DNA of 63,623 nt, the filler included, from Octopus bimaculoides (lineage: Eukaryota), in NCBI RefSeq assembly GCF_001194135.2. It is 5 parts of 5 records of this genome, joined end to end, with 100 filler letters (N's around TTAATTAATTAA, not from the genome) between each part and the next. Parts side by side here need not be neighbours in the genome. Positions count along the whole stretch, not along the records: positions 44,407 to 55,854 come from NC_069003.1; positions 55,955 to 63,623 come from NC_068993.1; 3 more parts are not named here. One strand, 5' to 3'. Shown here one piece after another: positions 55,642 through 63,623 of the stretch (positions are counted from its first letter, which is position 1; each line of letters starts with the position of its first letter). The notes beneath the pieces are model-generated. The model had not been told where the DNA came from, ran no database searches, and was given only the letters and a program-made list of their open reading frames with translations. Both the position numbers and the translations under genes were made by a program.

Positions 55642-55787
55642 TGGTCGTGGTGGTCGTGGTGGTCGTGGTGGTCGTGGTGGTAGTGATGTCACCGCCGGTG
55701 GCGGCGATGTTTTTCTTTCCAAAACTTATAAATAATGAGTGAAGGAATTGTAAGAAAAGTAGTCTCTTTCGAATAATAATAATGATG

Positions 55788-55829
<42 letters not shown>

Positions 55830-55854
55830 TCGAAAACTACTACAGGAATGAGAA

Positions 55855-55954
55855 NNNNNNNNNNNNNNNNNNNNNNNNNNNNNNNNNNNNNNNNNNNNTT
55901 AATTAATTAANNNNNNNNNNNNNNNNNNNNNNNNNNNNNNNNNNNNNNNNNNNN
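55855..55954. other. Synthetic assembly spacer N44-TTAATTAATTAA-N44
   Basis: Same 100-nt layout. Confidence 0.9.
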
Positions 55955-56570
55955 ATATATATATATATATATATACACATACACAAACATAAATTTGACA
56001 TGGGCAATTCTTTCTTGTCTTTGAACTGCACAAAACATTACACAGATGTGTAGAATGATCTGGTGGTGCTGCTGGGCTTTGTTTCATAGCTCCCATGGTT
56101 ACCGAGACAATCTACTATAATAATACTCTTGTGTTTATGAATGAGAAAGGAAGGCGTGATGTCATACTTGGTAGTGGTATGATGAAAATTGTATGCTGGA
56201 AAAAATAAATCAAACAGCGTTTCAACTCTGTGTGAATATATGTATGTGTATGCAAAAGTGGCGTATGTGAATTTGTATGTGTGCATGTTTGTGTATGTGT
56301 GTGAGTGTGCAGGCAAAATGGAAGTGGGATGGTTCATCTTTGTTCGCCTAGTATTTGGGTTTATTTTTTGATTTGGTTCAATCCTAGTCGTTTTTAATTT
56401 TTGTTTGTCAGTTATTTTTTGCATTTTGACAGAAAATAGTAATCCGAAAATTGTTTTTTAATGTAAGTGTGCCCAAACAAATCGAATGCTTACATAGAGC
56501 AGGTTTTACAGCCACATCATCCAAACCCACCAGGTAAAACAGGGCTTAGCTGATAGTGTATATATATAAT

Positions 56571-58177
56571 ATCATCATCATCCTCAGCATCATCACTTAA
56601 CGTCCGCTTTCCATGCTAGTATGGGTTGGACGATTTGACTGAGTACTGGTGAACCAGATGGCTGCACCAGGCTCCGATCTGATCTGGAAAAGTTTCTACA
56701 GCTGGATGCCCTTCCTAATGCCAACCATTCTGAGAGTGTAGTGGGTGCTTTTACATGCCACTAGCATGAGGGCCAGTCAGGCAGTACTTGCAACTTCCAC
56801 ACTCAAGTGGTGTTTTTTATGTGCCACCAGCACAGGAGCCAGTCCAGCGGCACTGGCACCAACCTCACTCAAATGTTTTTTCACGTTCCACCGGCACAAG
56901 TGTCAGTAAGGCAACGTTGGTAACGATCACGCTCGAATGGTGCTCTTAGCATTCCACTGGCATGAGTGCCAGTCATTGAATTTTCGAATTTGATTTGATT
57001 TCGATTTCACTTGCCTCAACAGGTCTTTGCAAGTAAAGTTTAGTGTCCAATGAAAGAAAGGTATGCATAAGTGGGCTGGTTACACCCCTGGCATAGGCTA
57101 CAGGTTATGGTCTCACTTGGCTTGCCAGGTCTTCTCAAGCACAGCATATTTCCAAAGGTCTTGGTCACTAGTCATTGCCTCGGTGAGGCCTAAAGTTCGA
57201 AGGTCGTGCTTCACCACCCTGTCCCAGGTCTTCCTGGGTCTACCTCTTCCACAGTTTCTGTCAATAGCTAGGGTGTGACACTTTTTCACACAGCTATCCT
57301 CATCCATTCGTACCACATGACCATACCAGCGCAGTCGTCTCTCTTGCACACCACATCTGATGCTTCTTAGGTCCAAGTTTTCTCTCAAAGCACTTATACT
57401 CTGTCAAGTATGCACACTGACATTACACATCCATCGGANNNNNNNNNNNNNNNNNNNNNNNNNNNNNNNNNNNNNNNNNNNNNNNNNNNNNNNNNNNNNN
57501 NNNNNNNNNNNNNNNNNNNNNNNNNCTTCATTCCTTGCAAGCTTACGCATATCCTCAGCAGTCACGGCCCATGTTTCATTGCCATGTAGCATAGCTGTTC
57601 ATACAGTCTGCCTTTTACTCTGAGTGAGAGGCCTTTGTCACCAGCAAAGGTAGGAGCTCTCTGAACTTTGCCCAGGCTATTCTTATTCTAGCAGCTACAC
57701 TTTCAGCGCAACCCTCCCCCATTACTGATTTGGTCACCTAGGTAACGGAAGCTATCAACTACTTCTAGTTTTTCTCCCTGGAATGTGGCGGAAATTGTTC
57801 TCTGCCCATTTTCAGTGTTTATTTCTCCTGAACATCTGCCACATACAAAAACTATCTTCCCAGTTAGCCTTCCTTTTATATTGCTGAACCTCTTATCTGT
57901 CCATAACTTACACTGGGTACATCTTATAGAGTTTCTACCTACACCTTTTCTACAGATCAAGCAGGGCCATCTACCTGAAGGGATTTGTGGTTTGTCTGCC
58001 TTTCTACTTATTAGGACTTCAGTTTTAGTTAGGTTGACTCTAAGGCCCTTTGATTCTGATTCTTGCTTCCACATCTGAAACTTCTCCTCTAGTTCTGATA
58101 GTGATTCAGCAATTAGAGCAAGGCTGTCAGCATAGAGGAGCTACCAAGGGCATCCTGTCTTGAATTCCTCTGTTATT
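56571..58177 (-). mobile_element. RTE-clade LINE, 3' portion (RT C-terminus with Cys-rich finger, 3' UTR, (ATG)n tail)
   Basis: LLYADS (YADD), KGLRVNLTKT, EVVDSFRYLGD, MLHGNETWA, RRLRWYGHVVRM, GRGRPRKTW. 3' GTTGGCATTAGGAAGGGCATCCAGC and (CAT)n on the plus strand. Confidence 0.92.
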
Positions 58178-58915
58178 NNNNNNNNNNNNNNNNNNNNNNN
58201 NNNNNNNNNNNNNNNNNNNNNNNNNNNNNNNNNNNNNNNNNNNNNNNNNNNNNNNNNNNNNNNNNNNNNNNNNNNNNNNNNNNNNNNNNNNNNNNNNNNN
58301 NNNNNNNNNNNNNNNNNNNNNNNNNNNNNNNNNNNNNNNNNNNNNNNNNNNNNNNNNNNNNNNNNNNNNNNNNNNNNNNNNNNNNNNNNNNNTGATTAAT
58401 AATTAGTCTTTATTGTTTATAATATCGTTAAAGGTTTTTAATTAAAACTTTGTATATATATATAAAGTTTAATCTTTTATTCTTAATAATTTTTTTCTTT
58501 CCTAATTTTTTCATTCATATTTTTATTTCTACGTTTGTAGAAATAAATATTTTTCTATTTTTCTATTATTCAATTGATTTTTAATGACAATTAAATAAAC
58601 ATTTTTAGTTTTAAATAGTATAGCTTTAACTATTACACCGGTTAAATATGTACTAATTTTATCTTCATTACTATTTTAAACTTAAACTTCGTTCAAATTG
58701 TATTTAAAACAATGATAATTTACGTAAGCTGGTTTTTGTATATAATATACATGTTAACATATATTATAATGGATGAAGGGATGATTATTGAATGTTTATT
58801 ATTTTGATATTTTGATACTTAAAAAAATTTTTCTATCTTTATAAAATAAGTATTTCATATAAATTCATTTGATACTTATTGTTGGCTGATATATATATTT
58901 ATTTATTTTAATTAT

Positions 58916-59031
58916 TGACCTGATGATTAGCTATATTTTTGAATAGAATTTATTTTCGATAATTTCAATCGATTTTAATCGATTTAAATTTCCTTTCTAT
59001 TTGAAAATTAGTTATGAAACACGTGTAGTCA
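58916..59031 (+). ncRNA. Candidate type I hammerhead ribozyme with extended stem II
   Basis: TGAC-CTGATGA-[~20-bp stem II]-GAAAC-ACGT-GTA-GTCA. All core nucleotides are present, stem I is TGAC/GTCA and stem III is palindromic (ACACGTGT). Confidence 0.7.
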
Positions 59032-59286
59032 TTTTATTATCTTTATCTTATGATATTTACTTTGTTTTATATTATACTCATTTATTGTGCTTTTAATTAT
59101 TAATTTTTCTATATGTGATAGTGGATTTTCATCGATGAGTTCTTGAAACTTGGTTATTTTGCTTAAAACTATATATTTTATATATATATATACATATATA
59201 CAAATATATAAATATATATTATTATTTTGTAGCTTCAGCTCAGAGCTGTGGCCATGCTGGAGAACTGCCGTTTTGCTATACTGTTA

Positions 59287-60793
59287 TTACTGAGAGCGTC
59301 CTCTAATATGTGGCACTTGGTGAAGAATGGAGTTTGTTGTAGCTACCCTCATTTGCACCTCTTGCTGTGAGGTAGGTTCATCTGGGACTCTTGACAGGAA
59401 GTGATCCAGCCTTGATTTGATAAAGCCTACATCTACTTTGTGCAGGTTCCTCAGGCTCTTTGGGAGAATATTAAAAAACTGTGGGCCCCTGAAACCCAGG
59501 TTCTTGCAGTAACTGGTCCTGAAGCATGATAGCATTGCTAGGATCTTTGGCACTGTGCAGTGTTGACCTTTTCTGGCATTATTGTTGCTTTCAATGCCAA
59601 AATTTGGCACAATTCCTTCCAGGATCTTCCAGATGTATATTATGCATACCTCTCCTGTCTTCACTCCAGGGAGTAGTGTCTTAGCTGTTTCAGCCTTTCC
59701 CAGTAGCTGAGCTGTTGCAAAAAGACAATCTTCTTTGTGAAGCTTCGCTGGATTGCTTCCATGTCCGCTATTAATTTTACACTGTTGGGTGACCATAGCT
59801 GGGAGCAGTAATCCAAGCAACTGAGGATGAATATCCTCTAGAGGACCATTATGGTTTCCTTTTCTCTGGTTCTGAATGTTCTCAGGATCCATCCATCCAG
59901 TCTCCACTTTGTCGCCATCCTGGTAATGTGCACTTGGAAAGAGGTATCATCACACATGTCAATACCCAGGTTCCTCACTGATTTAGGCTCTGGGATTGTA
60001 ATTCCCTGTGGACCAGTGTACCCTGTAAGTTTCATATTCATCCTTGGGTGCTGGTAGCGCAGGGCTTGGTATTTTTGAGCATTAAACTGCATATTATTAT
60101 CGTCAGCCCATCTGTAAACTGAGTCCAACACTTGCTGCAGATGTGCAACATCGCTGGGGTTAAGTATTTTCTGTGAGACTTTTGTATCGTCTTTGTTGCT
60201 AGCAAGGGTGACTATCTGGGCAGTTGAGGGCATATCTGAGAGTGCCACTATGAAAAGCAGTAGTCCCAAGACAGTGCCCTGTGGAACACTGCTCACTATT
60301 TGTGTTTTCATTGATGTGGCTCCATTGGCCACTACTACCTGACTTTCAGAAAGTCATGTAACCACTCTCCAAGTTTTCCAGCTATACCAAGATCATGCAG
60401 TTTGTGGCATATCATACCTTGATCCACTTTATCGAAAGCTTTTGCAAACTCAAGGTATATTACATCCACCTTTGAGTTGTTGAGTAACTGCCTCAACACC
60501 CAGTCATAATGTTGTAAGAGCTGCATCAGACAGCTCCTATCTGGTCGAAAGCCTTGCTGGGTATCACTAAGCAAGTTTGTTTTCTTCAAGGAATGCGATT
60601 AGTTTCCCTCTGACTATCCATTCCATGACTTTGCTGATGTATGAAGTCAGAGATAGGTCTTTAGTTTTTGGCATCTGCTCTGCTTTCCCTTTTATGGATT
60701 GGGCATATTATTTCCTCCTCCAGCTTGCTTGTCAGTCTGCCATTTGCAAGAAAGCTCTGGAAGAGAATCTGGAGAGGTTTTGCCTGGGCACGC
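59287..60793 (-). mobile_element. CR1-clade LINE, 5'-truncated, frameshifted RT
   Basis: RPISLTSYISKVME, QQGFRPDRSC, VDVIYLEFAKAFDKVD, SVPQGTVLG, DDTKV, FNAQKY, LGFRGPQFFNILPKSLR. Confidence 0.92.
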
Positions 60794-60951
60794 TTGTATA
60801 ACCTACCACAGCTCTATGGGATGGAGTACACACAGTCTTTGGTCATATTCTCTTCCATTCGTGGTTTTACTCGAAGGAGATATTTGCAAAGTGTTGTATT
60901 ACTCTTGAATACTGTCCTGATGTCATATGGGCTGCATATCTTTTGTAACTT
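60794..60951 (-). mobile_element. Inverted 5' segment of a Penelope-like element (linker + start of GIY-YIG)
   Basis: RC translation LQKICSPYDIRTVFKSNTTLCKYLLRVKPRMEENMTKDCVYSIP*SCGRLYK. Confidence 0.8.
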
Positions 60952-61265
60952 AGCAGCTGTGGTAGGTTATACAAAGGCGAAACATGCCGGCCCCTCAAAA
61001 TAAGGGGAGATGAATATTGCAAAGCTGTGACATGAGGAGATATTGATAAATCGGGTATAGCTGATCATGTATGGAAAAATGGAGACCACCTCCCCCTGTG
61101 GTTGAACTCAAAATAATAGATAGAGAACACCACAGGAAAATACCAAAACTAAAAGAAGCAGCACATATGTTAGGACACAACAACCTCCTAAGCGAACCGA
61201 GTGCAGATATGAGCAGCATATGGGAACCGGTATTAAAGAAGGAAAGGAAAATATTATACTTATAA
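60952..61265 (+). mobile_element. Penelope-like element GIY-YIG endonuclease C-terminal part
   Basis: SCGRLYKGETCRPLKIRGDEYCKAVT*GDIDKSGIADHVWKNGDHLPLW / (frameshift) ELKIIDREHHRKIPKLKEAAHM...: YxGET-R-L-x-R, SxIAxH and KLKEA motifs. Confidence 0.85.
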
Positions 61266-61294
61266 GCCCTAAAATTCACTCCATAATTGCCCAC

Positions 61295-61525
61295 GGGCAT
61301 ATGTCGTTGTGGTTAAGAGCGCAGGCTACAAACCCCAAGATTCTGAGTTCGATTCCAGGCAGTGACCTGTATAATAATAACGTCAACAAGTACCTTAGTA
61401 ATGAGAACCTAGGTTCGAATTTTCCCCCAGACACCTGATAAAGGCTGGAGGGTATATCAGCTGAAAGGTTGTGTTAACAACAAAGAAGATGAGGACAAAT
61501 ATCAGTCAAATGTAAATAATGTGAA
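61295..61525 (+). mobile_element. tRNA-head + hammerhead unit (family D) directly 3' of the PLE ORF
   Basis: A-box-like TGTCGTTGTGGTTAAG and B-box GAGTTCGATTCC, then (AAT)n and a hammerhead motif. Homologous to 8572-8756. Confidence 0.8.
61431..61474 (+). ncRNA. Degenerate minimal type I hammerhead ribozyme motif
   Basis: ACAC CTGATAA A GGCTG GAGGGTATAT CAGCT GAAAG GTT GTGT. Three substitutions relative to the two-copy consensus. Confidence 0.55.
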
Positions 61526-63435
61526 AAATATTTGAAAATGGGGGTGGGGGTGAAATTGCCGAGGGTTCCACATCCCCCCACCCCGTTTCCCGGACCCCCA
61601 AAAGGGGGGGGGGTCACCGGAATTCAGTCAACGAAAAGAAAAAAATTCCAATGATTCCGGGATAGCGGGGTGATTTCCACCCCCTCCCCACTACCACCAC
61701 CTTTTTTCATAACAAAAATAAGTAGTTTGCAGCATATTAAGAAATCAGGGTACTTGATAACATGCAAAAAATCAGAGTTTTTTTTTGTTTTGTTTTTTTA
61801 GTGAAAATCGTGCGGATAACAAGACCAAGATTCACCTGTTTTGTCAAAGACAGACCTATGGTGTTAAGCTTCAGAAGGTACGTCAGAAGCTTTTTCTGAC
61901 TTATAACTTTCCCACTTTATCCTTGTTTTATTTATTTATTTGGTACAACTTAAATATAGAGGTCACTTAACGGTGCTACTTAAATATAGGTGTTACGAAC
62001 AAAACATTTTAAATGTACGCTGTGTAGACGTGTAATGACATCATAACCCTAACCCAAAGACTAACTTTCCCCTTCATATAGTTACGTAGATACATCGGGA
62101 CCTTTGCATTTAAATACTGACATTTACTTTTTTATTAGTCTCCTTACTTTATTTATGTTTTTAAAGACAACTGGGTGTGATTTAAAAGATGATTTAGCTG
62201 TTGCTTGGAGCACATCGAGCGATCGCGTCTTGTTATTTACATCCTTATGAAATAGTTTGTTATGCATTTATCATTTATAATATTTCGCTCCACATTAAAG
62301 TTTACAATACCACTTTGTATTAGAGAGAGACAGAAGAAAAGAGACTAACCTTGTTGTGTTAAGAACAATTCGGTGCCAAGAAAACAAATAACAAACAGGA
62401 ACACTAATGTAGCAGCCATGATCGCTAAGCCTGCCTCAGCCAGGAAATGTTACTGACGGTGTAAGAGCAATTTTATGACAATATTTTATTTGTTCCTACA
62501 AGATAATTGCTATAAGCAAAATTATAAACAAGGATAAGAAGGTTGATTTTAAATTTGAGTGCATAGCATCACATCTCAGGGTGGGAGCTAGTCGATGCCA
62601 TTCACTCCAGCATTTGACTGATAGTGTATGTGTGTATGTATGTATGTACCTATGTACGTATGTTACGGCTCTCTTTCAGTTCTCGTGTATCGAATCCATT
62701 GGCCGGGGCCAAAAGGACATTTCCCCAAAAAGTGGCTTGGTGGGACTGAACGCGATATCATATTGATGGGAAGCGATCTTTTTAACCACTCATCCGTGCC
62801 ATACATACTCTTTTTTTCTTTTTTGTTTCATGCATTGCGGGCATGCTGGGGTACTTTTTAGTCGAACACACACACACCACACACACACATTTTCATATAC
62901 ACACTTGTGTGAGTGTTTGTGAACGTGTATATGTATCTGTGTGTAAGAACTTGGTTTAATTTCACAAGGGTCGGCTGTTACCCGGTAAATTCTTTGAACT
63001 AAATCAAGTTATAAAGGAAATAGATATTTTGTTGGAATATTATAACGAAACCAAAAAAGCAAAGAAACAAACAAATAATTCTGTTGTTTCTGTTGAAAGT
63101 GAAAATTTTGCGATCTGGTTTAATTTCTTCCAGTCGATTGAAGTTTTCAGATTTTCTCCAGATTATTTTTCAAAAATGTAGTGTTGATATAGATTTGTAT
63201 GCTGATGCATATCTAGATAAAATGAACTCGTTTACATTTTTATCTGGAAATTAATGATAAATAGGTGCAGGATTGCTTCTCAGTCTTGTGGCTATGATCA
63301 AGGTCTAATGGAAAGACTTCCGCCCGTCCCCACCCCCATTTTCTCCCAAATTTATTTATTTTTGCAATTTTTTTTTTGCCTAAAATCTCCGTTTTCGGAA
63401 AATTGCCAAAAATCGGCATTGTGAATTTTTCCCCA

Positions 63436-63540
63436 ACACTAACCCTAAAACCCTAATCCTAACCCTAAAACCCTAACACCCTAATCCTAAAACCCTAACC
63501 CTAACACTATCCCTAAAATTGTAACCCTAACCCTAAAACC
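63436..63540 (-). repeat. Interstitial degenerate (TTAGGG)n-like tract
   Basis: About 14 CCCTAA/CCTAA units with AAAA and other spacers on the plus strand. Confidence 0.8.
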
Positions 63541-63549
63541 GTGACCGTA

Positions 63550-63623
63550 ACTCTTTTTACTCTTTTATTTGTTTCAGTCATGAGAATGTGGCCATGCTGG
63601 AGCACCGCCTTTAGTCGAGCAAA
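63550..63623 (-). mobile_element. SINE family A 3' tail (runs off the window end)
   Basis: CTCTTTTTTACTCTTTT...GGCCATGCTGGAGCACCGCCTTTAGTCGAGCAAA. Confidence 0.88.

Overview
This is a 63.6-kb gap-rich (many N runs), AT-rich, microsatellite-saturated eukaryotic window. The SINE families and the (TA)/(CA)/(TATC)/(CAT) density suggest a draft octopus-type cephalopod assembly; that is an inference, not confirmed. I could not support any host protein-coding gene. Almost all listed ORFs are translations of microsatellites or N-gaps. The window is a transposon graveyard, probably intronic or intergenic. It holds several tRNA-derived SINE families (one bipartite family with an internal microsatellite has about 20 whole or partial copies), fragments of R4-like, Tx1/L1-like, RTE and CR1 LINEs, a hAT transposase fragment, Helentron/DINE-like elements and three Penelope-like (PLE) fragments. 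The most interesting signals lie at 58.4-61.5 kb. (1) A 5'-inverted Penelope GIY-YIG fragment is followed directly by a tRNA-derived Pol III head and a minimal type I hammerhead-ribozyme motif, and the same head+hammerhead unit recurs at 8.6 kb. (2) A separate hammerhead motif with a complete catalytic core and a ~20-bp extended stem II lies at 58916-59031. Four 100-nt synthetic spacers (N44-TTAATTAATTAA-N44) mark unsized joins, so adjacency across them is not established.
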